Made by a program: the position numbers and the translations under genes
Assembly (NCBI GenBank): GCA_034722915.1
Contig: JAYEOK010000168.1
Location: 6,016 to 70,015, forward strand
Length of the DNA: 64,000 nucleotides
Direction: 5' to 3'
Source of the DNA: Thermodesulfobacteriota bacterium
Lineage (GTDB): Bacteria > Desulfobacterota > Desulfobulbia > Desulfobulbales > Desulfocapsaceae
In this document: positions 23,234 through 34,427 of the stretch, piece by piece
How positions within the stretch are numbered: position 1 is the first letter of the stretch
Layout: the number at the start of each line of letters is the position of its first letter
The notes under the pieces: generated by a model
Database searches by the model: none
Told to the model about the DNA's origin: nothing
The model's input: only the letters and a program-made list of their open reading frames with translations

Positions 23234-24049
23234 ATGATCGATTTGTTTCTACAACTTAATCCCGTTATGCAGGCTTTCTTAGCCACGCTCTTTACCTGGG
23301 CTGTAACTGCTGCAGGGGCGGCACTTGTATTTTTCTCACGAGCTGTAAACGAAAAGCTTATGGATTCAATGCTTGGCTTTGCTGCCGGCGTAATGATTGC
23401 CGCAAGCTTTTGGTCGCTCCTCGCACCGGGCATAGAAATGGCTGAACAGTTCGGGCAGACCCCATGGCTGACTGCAGTTATCGGATTTATGGGTGGTGGA
23501 ATTTTCATGAGGCTGATTGATAAGTTTCTGCCCCACCTTCATCCCGGGCTGAGTATTGATAAAAGTGAAGGGATAAAGACGTCATGGCAACGAAGCACCC
23601 TTCTCGTACTTGCCATAACACTTCACAATATACCAGAAGGGCTTGCTGTCGGGGTTGCTTTTGGGGCAGTGGCAGCTAATCTCCCCTCTGCCACTATTGG
23701 TGGAGCTGTTGCTTTGGCGATCGGTATTGGCATTCAAAATTTTCCTGAAGGTACTGCTGTGTCAATGCCACTCAGAAGAGAAGGAATGTCTAAGGGGAAA
23801 AGCTTTTTTATGGGTCAGGCTTCCGGCATAGTGGAACCAATTGCCGGGGTGGCCGGAGCATTTTTTGTCCTGAAAATGCAGAATATTTTACCATATGCAC
23901 TCTGTTTTGCAGCAGGTGCTATGATTTTTGTGGTGGTTGAGGAGCTGATTCCTGAATCTCAAAGAAAATATGAGCACATCGATTTAGTAACAATGGCAAC
24001 AATGACCGGTTTTTCAGTCATGATGATTCTCGATGTGGCTTTGGGCTAA
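23234..24049 (+). CDS. ZIP-family (ZupT/GufA) divalent metal transporter
   Basis: [37 protein letters not shown]. Confidence 0.92.
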   Translation: MIDLFLQLNPVMQAFLATLFTWAVTAAGAALVFFSRAVNEKLMDSMLGFAAGVMIAASFWSLLAPGIEMAEQFGQTPWLTAVIGFMGGGIFMRLIDKFLPHLHPGLSIDKSEGIKTSWQRSTLLVLAITLHNIPEGLAVGVAFGAVAANLPSATIGGAVALAIGIGIQNFPEGTAVSMPLRREGMSKGKSFFMGQASGIVEPIAGVAGAFFVLKMQNILPYALCFAAGAMIFVVVEELIPESQRKYEHIDLVTMATMTGFSVMMILDVALG

Positions 24050-24070
24050 AGAACCTGGTCTGTCTCTTCC

Positions 24071-26122
24071 TCACACTTTAAATTGATTGACTATGTCAGA
24101 GAGGTTTTCAGCCAATTTGTTTAGTTTCCCGGCATTTGCGTTTACCATGGTACTGTTGGTATTAATCTCATTTGCAGCCTGTCCAACTTCTGCAATGTCA
24201 GCGGCTACTTCTCCGGTGACTGATGATGCCTGAGCGACATTCTCATTTACTTCCTGAATCCCTAGAGATGCCTGGGAGACATTGTCAGCTATTTCTTGTG
24301 TGGCACTAGCCTGCTCTTCAACAGTTACCGAAACAATAGACACCATTTCACTGACTTCACCGATAACCCCTGTAATCTCTGTTATGTCTGCAACAGAGTT
24401 TTTACTTGCCTCCTGAATTTTTCCGATCTTATCTTTAATTTCAGAAGTGGCTTCTGCTGTCTGTTTGGCAAGTTCTTTGATTTCATTAGCAACCACTGCA
24501 AAACCTTTGCCTGCCTCGCCGGCCCGTGCCGCCTCAATGGTAGCATTTAATGCCAGCAGATTTGTCTGTTCAGAAATTTCAGTTATCGATTCAGTTACCT
24601 TACCAACTTCTTGAGCTGCACTACCCAGTTCATGGATCTGACCAGAGGCTTTTTGAGATTGATTAACGGCTGTTTCGGTTATGGCACTGGTTTTTTCAGT
24701 ATTTGATGCAATCTCTGCAATGGTGGCAGACATTTCTTCAGCAGCAGCAGCCACCATGTTTACATTCACTGAAGTTTCTTCGGAGGCCGCAGCAACAGAG
24801 TCCATATTGACACTCATCTCTTCGGCCGCTGCTGCAACAGTTTGGGCCCTTCCTGTGGTCTCTTCAGAGTTGGTCGACATATCATTGGAAAGCTTTGAAA
24901 GTTCGCTGGATGTGTTGTTCAGGGTTTCAACACCCTGCTTGATATCCCGGATCAAGGTGCGCAAGTTTGCTGACATCTGGTTTAGGGCTGATGCCATAAG
25001 CCCTACTTCATCCTTTTGCTTAATGTCGAGCTGTTGATCCAGATCACCCTGTTCAACAGCTTGAATCATTTGTACTGCTTTTTGTATTGGTATGGTGATA
25101 GCGCGGGTAATGATTGCCCCTAAAATCAGGCAGGCAACTATTCCGAAAAGCAGAAGTATCCACATCATGCGCTGTAGAGATGTATACATTTCCTGAACTG
25201 TTGCCTCATCGTTCAGCGTAAGTTGTTTCTGATCGGCAGCCATGGCATTGAGTGCCGCAACCAGTTTGGCCCCCTTGGGAGCAGCTTTTGTGGCAAGCCA
25301 GTAGTTGGCAAGATTCCAGTCGTCACCCTGTCTGCTGGCAAACATCTTTGGCGGAAGCGGGACAAAAGTTTTTCTGGCTTGCGCAAAGGAGTTAAAAGCT
25401 TTCTGCTGTTCCGGGGTGAGGAGATGGGCTGCCTGCTGGAGGTCTTTGAAGCGTCTGCTGTTCTTGGCCCAAAGCGTATCGAATTGATCCTTGAACCTGC
25501 TCTCTCCAGAAAGAAGATATGCCCTGATAGCTGCCATGCCCATGCCGGTAGTTCCCCGGATATCAGCCATGATTCCAAGAAGATTTTTTCTTTCAGGAGT
25601 TCCCGGCTGCTGTTTTTCCAGGTCAATCATTCTGGTTATCTGGGTGCCCAGTGTCGCAGCAAGTGGGGAAGCTTCTGCAGACAGCATTTTTACTGCTGGG
25701 ATATTGTCTCGGGTCTGGGCAATATTTTCAATCTCCTGCTGTGCTTTTTTAAACTCGTTGATAACAGTTTCGATACCTTCAAGACGTTTGATATTTTCTG
25801 GGTTTGTCCAGTTTGCTGCAAACGCTTTTAAGGTTTGCAGTGATGGTTCGATTTCTTCCTTCCACGCCTGATCCCGCTCGGTTTTAAATGAATTTTTGCC
25901 GAGTATCATCCAGCCTCGAAGGGCAGCCAGGCTGTGGTTGATGCCATTGAGCATCATCAGGCTGGATCTTGCCGTAGGAGCCCGTAGCTCCATTATCCGG
26001 TGATTAACTGCTTGTACGCGATTGACCTGCCAGATAGTTGCCAACACGATAGTGACGAGAATGAGCCCCATAATGGCATATCCACCTCCTATTTTTGCCC
26101 CTAATTTGAGATTGTTAAACAT
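24071..26122 (-). CDS. Methyl-accepting chemotaxis protein (TM-periplasmic-TM-HAMP-MA)
   Basis: [40 protein letters not shown]; [17 protein letters not shown]. Confidence 0.95.
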   Translation of the reverse strand: MFNNLKLGAKIGGGYAIMGLILVTIVLATIWQVNRVQAVNHRIMELRAPTARSSLMMLNGINHSLAALRGWMILGKNSFKTERDQAWKEEIEPSLQTLKAFAANWTNPENIKRLEGIETVINEFKKAQQEIENIAQTRDNIPAVKMLSAEASPLAATLGTQITRMIDLEKQQPGTPERKNLLGIMADIRGTTGMGMAAIRAYLLSGESRFKDQFDTLWAKNSRRFKDLQQAAHLLTPEQQKAFNSFAQARKTFVPLPPKMFASRQGDDWNLANYWLATKAAPKGAKLVAALNAMAADQKQLTLNDEATVQEMYTSLQRMMWILLLFGIVACLILGAIITRAITIPIQKAVQMIQAVEQGDLDQQLDIKQKDEVGLMASALNQMSANLRTLIRDIKQGVETLNNTSSELSKLSNDMSTNSEETTGRAQTVAAAAEEMSVNMDSVAAASEETSVNVNMVAAAAEEMSATIAEIASNTEKTSAITETAVNQSQKASGQIHELGSAAQEVGKVTESITEISEQTNLLALNATIEAARAGEAGKGFAVVANEIKELAKQTAEATSEIKDKIGKIQEASKNSVADITEITGVIGEVSEMVSIVSVTVEEQASATQEIADNVSQASLGIQEVNENVAQASSVTGEVAADIAEVGQAANEINTNSTMVNANAGKLNKLAENLSDIVNQFKV

Positions 26123-26144
26123 ATTTCCCCTCTCCATTTTTTTA

Positions 26145-26456
26145 GTGCCTTACAGAATATTTTCTTGTTTTTTTTGAACATATTCTGATAAGGCACTTAT
26201 CCAGTGAACTGAATGGTTTCCGGTTGAACCGGGTTAGTACCTTACTCCCTAATTCCTGTCATAAAAAAACAGGTAAGCGTAGACTCCGAGAAAATGGAAA
26301 GTATTTTTAATGTTAGTAAATTGCAAATACCACCAAGGTACTTACACCCCACAAGGGGGTACTAAAGTGAGTCCCGGCTTACCGTTCATCACCGGTATTA
26401 GTACCTTACAGAATATTTTCTCGGAGTCTGCACGTACTGTTCATCACCGGTTTCAG
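26145..26456 (+). mobile_element. Array of three TTA-type MITE stacks
   Basis: 26145..26233 (short body plus 34-bp tail), 26237..26397 (long body, both micro-inserts, tail), 26401..26456 (chimeric remnant), each separated by TTA. Confidence 0.85.
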
Positions 26457-26656
26457 TCTTATTTTATTTAGTATTTCACATTTTTCCACAGAAGGAAAGG
26501 AGCTATCTATATTATGGGATTTGACTCTTTTGGTAGATTGGGTGCTACGCAGATAAATTCAATAATTACAGTGTTTCTACCTTTGTTTTCTGCACTCTTC
26601 CCAACCTTCCTTTTTTCTTTTAGCCAAGGTAGCCTTGATACCGCCGACCGGGAAAT

Positions 26657-27433
26657 TCATAAAGAGTCGCTCTCTTTTTCCAGCGGTTTTTTGTCAAACA
26701 CGGCCTTGATTGTCTCAATGGGCAGGGGAAATACAATGGTGGTCGTATTTTCATTGGAAATATCATTTAAGGTCTGCAGATATCTAAGTTGCAAGGCCTG
26801 TGGATTCCGGGAAATGACATTTGCCGCTGCCAGAAGTTTTTCAGAGGCCTGCAGTTCCCCCTCGGCATGGATGACCTTTGCCCGCCGCTCACGTTCTGCC
26901 TCGGCCTGCTTGGCAATGGCCCGGATCATGCTCTCATCAAGATCAACATGTTTGATTTCAACGTTGCTTACTTTGATCCCCCAGGCGTCAGATTGTTTGT
27001 CGATGATCTGCTGGAGGTCATGATTCATCTTATCCCTTTCGGTAAGCATTTCATCGAGCTCATGCTGACCCAGTACCGAGCGCAGAGTGGTCTGTGCCAG
27101 TTGACTGGTGGCATTGTAGTAATCCTCTACCTGGATTATAGCCTTTTCCGGATCAACCACTCGAAAATAGAGAACCGCATTCACCTTCACCGTAACATTA
27201 TCCCGCGAGATTACATCCTGACTTGGTACATCCATGGTGATCACCCGCAGATCCACTCGAGCCATCTGCTGAATTCCTGGGATAATCAGCCTTAAACCCG
27301 GCATTTTTATGGTTTGAAAACGGCCAAGGAAGAAAACCACGAGCCGTTGGTATTCCGGGACAATTTTAAACGAAATAGCTAACAACCCGATCACCAGAGC
27401 GATTGGGAAAACTAGTAAAGGTACATTTATCAT
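26657..27433 (-). CDS. SPFH/band-7 (stomatin/slipin) protein
   Basis: [54 protein letters not shown]. Confidence 0.95.
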   Translation of the reverse strand: MINVPLLVFPIALVIGLLAISFKIVPEYQRLVVFFLGRFQTIKMPGLRLIIPGIQQMARVDLRVITMDVPSQDVISRDNVTVKVNAVLYFRVVDPEKAIIQVEDYYNATSQLAQTTLRSVLGQHELDEMLTERDKMNHDLQQIIDKQSDAWGIKVSNVEIKHVDLDESMIRAIAKQAEAERERRAKVIHAEGELQASEKLLAAANVISRNPQALQLRYLQTLNDISNENTTTIVFPLPIETIKAVFDKKPLEKESDSL

Positions 27434-27435
27434 AA

Positions 27436-28845
27436 TTATTCTACCTCCTGTAAAAGTTCCACTGAGAGTTGCAGGCCTTCCTGGGCAATAATCCTGACCT
27501 TATCTCCCTTTTTCAATGGAGTTGCACTGCTGGCCTGCCAGGATTCACCAAGGATTCGAACCCGTCCATTTACTGTAAAATCGTCCATAACTTCACCAAT
27601 TGAATCAAGCATGAGTTCCCTGCCGGTTCTCACCCTTTTATTTCGTATGATCAATAGCTTACCTACGAGCCAGAGGATACAGGCAAAAGAGATTAGAGCA
27701 ATGCTTCCGATCAGGAACAGAGAGACCTGAAGGCTCTTTTCATCTATCAGGATAACAGAACCGAAGACAAAAGCCGCAAGACCACCCATACCCAGGACTC
27801 CGAAACTTGGAGTAAAGGCCTCAGCAACCATAAAAGAAATACCAAGAACAATGAGAGCAAGACCTGCATAATTAACCGGGAGCACCTGGAAGGCATACAG
27901 GGCCAGGAGCAGCGCAGTTCCACCCACTACCCCGGGCAGGACATATCCCGGGTTGGCCAGTTCGAAAAAGAGGCCATATATGCCAAGGAGCATCAGCATA
28001 TAGGCAATATTGGGATCGCTTATCACCATCATCAGCCGGGTCCGCCAGTCTTTTTCCATATGAACCAGACCGAGATTGCTTGTGTGTAAAATATGGGGGC
28101 CAGAGGTCAACAGCACCTCCCTGCCATTGAGCCGGGCGAGCAGTTCATCAATATTGTCCGCCATGAGATCAATAACGCCAAGGCGCAAGGCCTCTTCTGC
28201 ACTTATACTGACCGATTCTCTCACAGCTTTAGCCGCCCAATCCCTGTTTCTTCCATGTTTCTCTGCAAGAGATATGATATAGGCCTCGGCATCATTGATC
28301 ATTTTTTGTTTAAGAGTATTTCCCTGTGATTTTTTTTCCTTGTCCCCTTCCCTGGTATCACCGTTTTTATTTCCTTTATCCATTCCCGGCAGGCTGCCGA
28401 TAGTCACCGGGGTTGCAGCGCCAAGATTTGTGGCAGGTGCCATGGCCGCAACATGGCTTGCATAGAGGATATAAGTGCCGGCACTGGCCGCTCGTGCGCC
28501 GCTCGGGGCAACATAGGTTACCACCGGCACCGGAGAGGCCAGGATATCCTGAATGATTTCACGCATGGCAAGGTCGAGCCCGCCCGGGGTGTCAAGCTGC
28601 AGGATAAAAACGCGTGCCTTGGATTTTTCTGCTTTTTCAAGTCCGCGTCTCACAAAATCACTGACTCCGGGACCAATGGCCCCTTTGACTTCAAGGATAA
28701 AGGCGGAGGGTTCGTTTTTTTGGGCCCATCCAGTTGTTACAGGATAATGGGCGAGGAGGGTTATGGCGATGATGAGCAGGGCTGGACAGAAAAAAACAGT
28801 GAAGACGGTATGGGAAAAATTTGTGATGAAATGATGTCTCATCAT
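27436..28845 (-). CDS. NfeD-family membrane-bound serine protease (ClpP-class)
   Basis: [23 protein letters not shown]; C-terminal OB domain [12 protein letters not shown]; upstream of SPFH. Confidence 0.93.
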   Translation of the reverse strand: MMRHHFITNFSHTVFTVFFCPALLIIAITLLAHYPVTTGWAQKNEPSAFILEVKGAIGPGVSDFVRRGLEKAEKSKARVFILQLDTPGGLDLAMREIIQDILASPVPVVTYVAPSGARAASAGTYILYASHVAAMAPATNLGAATPVTIGSLPGMDKGNKNGDTREGDKEKKSQGNTLKQKMINDAEAYIISLAEKHGRNRDWAAKAVRESVSISAEEALRLGVIDLMADNIDELLARLNGREVLLTSGPHILHTSNLGLVHMEKDWRTRLMMVISDPNIAYMLMLLGIYGLFFELANPGYVLPGVVGGTALLLALYAFQVLPVNYAGLALIVLGISFMVAEAFTPSFGVLGMGGLAAFVFGSVILIDEKSLQVSLFLIGSIALISFACILWLVGKLLIIRNKRVRTGRELMLDSIGEVMDDFTVNGRVRILGESWQASSATPLKKGDKVRIIAQEGLQLSVELLQEVE

Positions 28846-28869
28846 GGGTCTGTGCCCCCTTTCAGATTA

Positions 28870-29140
28870 GTGCCTTACTCCTCAAAAGCTGTCACTCTTT
28901 TCAGTACCCCCTTGAGGGGTATAAAAAACAAGAAAATGGAAAGTTATATTAAAGTTAGCAGGTTAAACATACCAACAAGGTACTTATGCCGGCTTACTGT
29001 TCATCACCGGTGTTAGCAAGTTGGATATACCAACAAGGCATTTACACCCCTCAGGTAAGCACCCTAAAGAGACAGGGTATAAACTCCGACTCCGAGGGGG
29101 TACTGAAAAGAGTGCCGGCCTCACTTACCGTTTACCGGTG
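28870..29140 (+). mobile_element. Two stacked TTA-type MITE units with nested micro-inserts
   Basis: 28870..29012 full; 29016..29140 partial body plus palindromic insert that itself contains a 41-bp GGTAAGC...ACTCCG insert (29054..29094). Confidence 0.85.
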
Positions 29141-29176
29141 TTATCTTTTAATCCCCTGTCTCCTTTACTCTAACCA

Positions 29177-30442
29177 TCAACCCAGAAAACGCACCAGAAA
29201 GAGGCTTAATAGAGGAAAATAAGTAATAATGACCAGAGTGATCATCAACAGGCCAAGGAAAGGCATGGTAGCTCCGTAGAGCTGAATTACCGGCCGATCA
29301 AAGCGATAGCTGGCCAGGAAGAGATTCAGCCCGACAGGGGGCGTACAGTAGCCGATTTGCAGATTTGTGAGGAAGATGATGCCAAGGTGGATCAGGTTGA
29401 CATCGTAGCCCCTGGCAATGGGAACAATAAGCGGAACCACCAGCACCAGAGCGGAAAAGATATCAAGCATTGAGCCGACAATGAGGAGAAAGATGTTCAA
29501 GAGCAGGAGAAAGGTATACTTGCTGGAGATATACTGGCGGATAAATTCAAACAGACGCATGGGCACTTCCTGATCCACCAGAAAGTTGGTGGCTGCCATG
29601 GATGCGGCAAGAATCACCAGGATACCGCCAAAGAGCATCATGGATTTTACCATGATACCTGGTAGTTGCTTGAGGCTGATATCACGATATAAGAAAACTT
29701 CGACTATCAGCACATAGAGAGCGGTTATGGCTGCTGCTTCTCCTGCAACCAGGAAGCCGCCATAAATACCGCCAAGGACGATAAAGGGCAGCGGCAGTTC
29801 CCATGCAGTTTCTTTCAGGCAGCCGAGTATTTCCCGCATGTTTACCTGTTCCTGCTGTTTTGGTTTACGAGGACTTTTATACATGGAGTAGGCTATCAGC
29901 AGGCTGAGCATAAAGACCCCGGGCAGGATTCCGGCCAGGAACAGGTGGTCAATCCGGACTTCAGCGATAACACCGTACAAAATGAGTGGCAGACTTGGCG
30001 GAAACAGCAAACCAAGGCTTCCGGAGGAGGTAATTAATCCAAGGGAAAATTTTTCCGAGTAATTATCTTTGAGAAGTGCTGGAAGCAGCAGACCGCCGAG
30101 AGCAAAGATGGTCACTCCTGATGCACCGGTAAAAGCGGTAAAGACCGCACAAACCAGCAGCGAAACAACGGCCAGTCCGCCGGGAAGCCAGCCTAACAGA
30201 GTGCGTGACAGTCTGAGCAACCGTTTGGGGGTTTCACTTTCAGAAAGCATGGTACCGGCAAAGATAAACAGGGGCAAGGCAAGCAGAAGTGGAGTATCCG
30301 CCAGACGTGACATCTCAATGATCACCACCGAGATGTCTATCTCTACGCTGTAGAATGAGAGCAGAGCTAAGGCGGCGATTACAATGAATAAAGGGCTGCC
30401 CAGCAGGGCAAGGGCCAGGGTAAACAGCTTGAGAATATTCAC
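29177..30442 (-). CDS. dctM: TRAP transporter large permease DctM
   Basis: LLALPLFIFAG, GSLGLLFPPSLPLILY, IGYCTPPVGLNLF. Confidence 0.95.
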   Translation of the reverse strand: MNILKLFTLALALLGSPLFIVIAALALLSFYSVEIDISVVIIEMSRLADTPLLLALPLFIFAGTMLSESETPKRLLRLSRTLLGWLPGGLAVVSLLVCAVFTAFTGASGVTIFALGGLLLPALLKDNYSEKFSLGLITSSGSLGLLFPPSLPLILYGVIAEVRIDHLFLAGILPGVFMLSLLIAYSMYKSPRKPKQQEQVNMREILGCLKETAWELPLPFIVLGGIYGGFLVAGEAAAITALYVLIVEVFLYRDISLKQLPGIMVKSMMLFGGILVILAASMAATNFLVDQEVPMRLFEFIRQYISSKYTFLLLLNIFLLIVGSMLDIFSALVLVVPLIVPIARGYDVNLIHLGIIFLTNLQIGYCTPPVGLNLFLASYRFDRPVIQLYGATMPFLGLLMITLVIITYFPLLSLFLVRFLG

Positions 30443-31008
30443 GCTCCACTCCCTGTTTTCCGGCTTCCCGGCATGGAGATAACACCGGTAAACGGTGAGT
30501 GACGGTTTTTGAGGAGTAAGGCTCTGATAGCCTTGATGTCAGCAGCAATTGCAAGGAGAAAGTGTATGGCCATCAGAGCAAAGGCAACAGGGAAAATCAA
30601 ATTCCAGATCCAGGAGGGTACGCTGAGTAAGGAGGGGCCTCCAAAGAGGAATTCGTTGCGGACAAAGGTGACTGCCGCCCAGGTGAGAACTGCAGCAACA
30701 AGTGATGAAAAGAGATCAATCACCAGTACTATCCACACTTTTATCTGTTCCGGTGCCAGGTACCCAAGCACATCAATACCAATATGTTTTTTTTCTCTGG
30801 TTGCCACCACTGCACCCAACATACCGGACCACAGGACAAGGTAACGCAGCATCGGATCGGCCCAGAGTATGCCGCCTGAAAAGAACGTGCGCATACCGAT
30901 CTGCAGACAGGCAAGTGTGATCATCGCCAAAAGCATAAGGCAGAGCAGACCGTTAATCAGTCGTTTTTCAAAGGTTAAAATCTGCCGGATCACCTGTTGA
31001 TAGTTCAT
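30439..31008 (-). CDS. dctQ: TRAP transporter small permease DctQ
   Basis: 4 TM; WADPMLRYLVLWSGMLG...HIGIDV. Confidence 0.9.
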   Translation of the reverse strand: MNYQQVIRQILTFEKRLINGLLCLMLLAMITLACLQIGMRTFFSGGILWADPMLRYLVLWSGMLGAVVATREKKHIGIDVLGYLAPEQIKVWIVLVIDLFSSLVAAVLTWAAVTFVRNEFLFGGPSLLSVPSWIWNLIFPVAFALMAIHFLLAIAADIKAIRALLLKNRHSPFTGVISMPGSRKTGSGA

Positions 31009-31016
31009 GGTACCCT

Positions 31017-31104
31017 CCAGGAGGCTGTCCGAAAATGCACTTTTCCTTCAACTCTTCGTTATTTGCAAAATTTTATCCTCGGACAAGCTCCCGGGAGCTT
31101 GTCC
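31017..31104. mobile_element. Internally deleted CTAG-family MITE between dctP and dctQ
   Basis: CCAGGAGGCTGTCCGAAAATG ... CTCGGACAAGCTCCCGG followed by a further GGAGCTTGTCC end. Confidence 0.7.
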
Positions 31105-31116
31105 CCTGCCCTCTTT

Positions 31117-32136
31117 TTATTTGGCCTGGCTTCTGAAATCGTCAAGCAGCCTTATAGTTTCCTGATAGATTTCCTGGCTGAAGGCTGTCCCTTGCATCCG
31201 CTTTGCAGTCTCTTTACTCATCTTACGCATGATTTCCACATCTTCCTGGTCAGGAGTGACCATGGAAACCCCATTATCCTGTAAAACCTTCCTGGAGTCA
31301 TCGTTGCTTTTTCTGGTGTCGGTGATGAGCTGTCTGAAATGTTTTTCGGCTGTTTTTTTGATCATCGACTGGTAAGTGTCCGGCATCTTCACGAATTTCT
31401 TACGATCAAGCAGTAGGCCTCCATAGGCATAACCAAATGGAATGTCAGTGATATATTTTGTTTTGGTAAACCACTGCAAGACAATAGCGCCATACATGGA
31501 ATTAAAGACTGTGTCCACCATTCCGGTCTGCAGGGAGGTGAGCACATCGGGGACGGCAAGTGGCAGAGGGGTGATTCCTATGGTTTGCAGGTAGGCTATG
31601 CTGATGGGATCACCGTCCGGAGCCCAGACTTTGCTTTGTTTCAATTTGCCTAGAGTGGGTACCGGCGAAATGGACATAGAGTAGACAAAACCAACTTCAG
31701 TCATGGCAATCAGCTCTAATCCTTTATCTACAAAGGATTTACTGAACAAGGGCCACAGTTCTTGTTTCACATGATCGACTTCTTCATAGGAACGAAAGAG
31801 AAAGGGCAAGCTCATGACGCGAAAATCCCCTGCTATTCTACCGATACCTGTCATGGTAAAGCCACCGCCATGCAGTTGTCCTATTTGCATTTTGCGGTAC
31901 ATAGCCCGATCATCTCCCATAATACCACCCGGGTATATCTTGAATCCGATTTCACCTTTACTTTTCTCTGTCACCTCTTCGGCGAAATCGCGAAATCGTT
32001 TGATCCAGATAGAACCCTCTGGCGCAATGGTCGCCAGCTTGAAGAGATACCTGGGTTTGGCATGTGCCTGGCTGCTGATGAGCAGAGCACAAATGAGAAT
32101 GAAAAATAATTGAAGATTTTGTTTACAGAAAGACAT
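31117..32136 (-). CDS. dctP: TRAP substrate-binding protein DctP (TatP-type)
   Basis: FKLATIAPEGSIW, IYPGGIMGDD, LTSLQTGMVD; signal peptide. Confidence 0.92.
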   Translation of the reverse strand: MSFCKQNLQLFFILICALLISSQAHAKPRYLFKLATIAPEGSIWIKRFRDFAEEVTEKSKGEIGFKIYPGGIMGDDRAMYRKMQIGQLHGGGFTMTGIGRIAGDFRVMSLPFLFRSYEEVDHVKQELWPLFSKSFVDKGLELIAMTEVGFVYSMSISPVPTLGKLKQSKVWAPDGDPISIAYLQTIGITPLPLAVPDVLTSLQTGMVDTVFNSMYGAIVLQWFTKTKYITDIPFGYAYGGLLLDRKKFVKMPDTYQSMIKKTAEKHFRQLITDTRKSNDDSRKVLQDNGVSMVTPDQEDVEIMRKMSKETAKRMQGTAFSQEIYQETIRLLDDFRSQAK

Positions 32137-32196
32137 GCATTTCTCCTGTTCTACACGTAGGGGACTGACTTTATTTTTCCTTGCTTGAATGCGCCC

Positions 32197-32474
32197 TAAG
32201 GCACTTATCCAGTGAACTTATCGCCCTGCGGGCGGGTTTTAAAAAGAGAATGTCGAACAGGTAAGCGCAGACTCCGAGGAATATCGAATATCGATCGGAA
32301 TAAAAAACGACGGATCAAGGGCTTTTCCCCTTCTGCGGTTCGACATTCCTCGGAGTCTTCGCTTACCTGTTCGATATTCGTCTTTTAATGTTCGGTATTC
32401 ATTTTTTAAGCTTCGTAAAAAATGAAAATTCCTATGCTATGAACTTAACAGTATTTCCGGTTGAACCGGGTTAG
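32197..32474 (+). mobile_element. Family C element inserted in a 34-bp tail unit
   Basis: TAAGGCAC-TTA-TCCAGT[GAACTTA...GCTAT]GAACTTAACAGTATTTCCGGTTGAACCGGG-TTA; two 17-bp inserts at 32260..32276 and 32351..32367. Confidence 0.8.
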
Positions 32475-32608
32475 AAAAAAATTCAGTCCCCTTGGTTCAT
32501 TGGAAAAATTAAGGTAAGCACCCTGAGAAACCAGGGTATAAACTCCGACTCCGAGTCTCCCGGATTTGCTGCACCTGAATAGTTACAATAATTTTTAAGG
32601 CACTAAAA

Positions 32609-32764
32609 ATGACAATCTCGTAAAAAGGTCTATGTAAGATGGATTTGTAAAAAACTTCATATTCGAGGCGCGGAAAAACTATATTATTTCGGCGTACTAA
32701 GGTACGTTGAAATGATTTGGTTTTTGCAGCAACGAAGAAGATGAAGAGTTTTTACGATTCCATC
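32609..32764. mobile_element. Family D MITE, empty version
   Basis: ATGACAATCTCGTAAAAA ... TTTTTACGATTCCATC imperfect TIRs; collinear with 52143..52623 minus its nested inserts. Confidence 0.8.
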
Positions 32765-33620
32765 AAAAATACAGGTCTACCTTGTCAAGCATCTTGGTCG
32801 CATTTCGTTTGGCCACCTGGTTGGCAAGAAGTAAATTCGGTTGACTTGCCAGATTAAAGTCAAGCACTTCCTGTAACAGATCGACATAAAGTTCACGGTC
32901 AAAGGCCATCCGGGCATAGGTCTGAGCATAGAGGACAAGGGCTGGAAGAAATTGTCGCTTGCTGATGATAAGGGCCTGTTCAAAATGGTGTTGACTGAGC
33001 TCTGGTTTTCCACCAAGGAGTGGCGGTTTTGAGCCATTGTATGCACCTAGAAAGAGATGAGCACCGCCGTGGTAATAGGTTTCATCCAGTTCAATAACAC
33101 GCAGCATGATTTGTTCCACCCTGACTAGCTGGGCCAGGGATTCGGGTGAACCGTCCTGGTGGCGTATCCATGTTGTCCAGCCATTACCTGCCCAGAACAG
33201 CAGATCTACATCTCCGCTATCCAAGTTGGTCAGGGTCTGTTGCAGGTTTGAAAAAGGGAGGGTGCAAATGCTATTGAGATCATCGCCATCCCACAGTAAT
33301 GACAGGCCGTACAATCTGGCCTTGATACTTACTGTTGCTGCACGTTCTGGCCTGTTGCAGGCATCAAGTGCGGCAGCATAACCGGTAAAGGCCTGAGTAG
33401 CTGTCATCAACAGCTTTTTATCATCTGGTGCTGATGCAACCATGCTGTCGATCATCAACAGGAAGCTGGGTGTTCCCTCACAAACAAGGTCTATATCCGT
33501 CTGCCTTTGCAGGTTTTCCATGGTGGGTCGCATGAGGGAGTTGACCATCATACCGGCACAACCACTTAAGACAGGTAAGAGAGTGAGAAGAAGGATTATC
33601 CTCCAAAGTATTGTCATCAT
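32763..33620 (-). CDS. TatT TRAP-associated TPR lipoprotein
   Basis: Lipobox VLSGC; LDETYYHGGAHLFLG, GGKPELSQHHFEQA, NQVAKRNA; upstream of dctPQM. Confidence 0.85.
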   Translation of the reverse strand: MMTILWRIILLLTLLPVLSGCAGMMVNSLMRPTMENLQRQTDIDLVCEGTPSFLLMIDSMVASAPDDKKLLMTATQAFTGYAAALDACNRPERAATVSIKARLYGLSLLWDGDDLNSICTLPFSNLQQTLTNLDSGDVDLLFWAGNGWTTWIRHQDGSPESLAQLVRVEQIMLRVIELDETYYHGGAHLFLGAYNGSKPPLLGGKPELSQHHFEQALIISKRQFLPALVLYAQTYARMAFDRELYVDLLQEVLDFNLASQPNLLLANQVAKRNATKMLDKVDLYF

Positions 33621-33742
33621 AGATAACTTTTATCAATCGTAGAGCAGACTGTCAAGATTTGCGATAAAGCGGTCGAGGAAATAAAAATGCCCTTTTTTAC
33701 CGTGAGAGTAAAACAGGGCGTTTTTTCGAGGGAGGGATTGGT

Positions 33743-34213
33743 TCAGAATCCCCAGAGCAGGCTTCTCTTAACCCACCCGGTGAGGCCTGACTCATGTTTG
33801 ACCTGCGCCCACCCCTGTTTCTGGGACAGGGTTTTAAAAACAACGCCATAATATGCTTTACCAACAACTTTATATTTGGTTCCGGGCCCACTTCTAATAT
33901 TTATCTTCTTTTTCTTCCCCCTGTTTACCTTAACGATCATGTGCGGTTTTGGTGATAAAAATTGCTTATAAACCCATCCTGTATCGTTTTCAAAATCTTT
34001 TACCTTAACCCAACTGCCCTTCCGGGTCAGAACTTTTAAGGGAAAGCCGTCTCCGTATTCCCATTTTGATGAATATTTAGTGCCGGGTCCTGATCGAAGC
34101 TGCACGTTATCACCTTTAATACTGTTCATTTTCGCATAGGCGGATGTGACTAGAAAGCAGGAGAGAAAAAAAATTGTTATGGTAATTTTGAATTTAGTTG
34201 AAAAAATATGCAT
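33743..34213 (-). CDS. Secreted tandem bacterial SH3-domain protein
   Basis: Signal peptide; two repeats VQLRSGPGTKY / INIRSGPGTKY ... GWV; ends LLWGF. Confidence 0.88.
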   Translation of the reverse strand: MHIFSTKFKITITIFFLSCFLVTSAYAKMNSIKGDNVQLRSGPGTKYSSKWEYGDGFPLKVLTRKGSWVKVKDFENDTGWVYKQFLSPKPHMIVKVNRGKKKKINIRSGPGTKYKVVGKAYYGVVFKTLSQKQGWAQVKHESGLTGWVKRSLLWGF

Positions 34214-34281
34214 TGTGACTGCCCTTGTAGGAAGAAAAGAAAGTTATTATTGAATGCGCCCTTACTATTAAACTAGCCTAA

Positions 34282-34393
34282 CACCGGTGATGAACGGTAA
34301 GCCGGCACTCTTTTCAGTACCCCCTTGAGGGGTATAAGTACCTTATCAGAATATTTTCTTTGAAAAAAAACAAGAAAATATCCTGTAAGGCAC
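34282..34393 (-). mobile_element. TTA-type MITE stack (short body plus palindromic insert plus 26-bp tail)
   Basis: TAA flanks 34279-81 and 34394-96; shows bodies and tails assort independently. Confidence 0.85.
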
Positions 34394-34427
34394 TAAATAG
34401 TTTTCCATTTCCAGAAATTAATTGAGT

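Noticed and set aside
26514-27023. 169-aa plus-strand ORF (and 26789..27295)
   Set aside because: Antisense to the SPFH gene, with no independent motifs.
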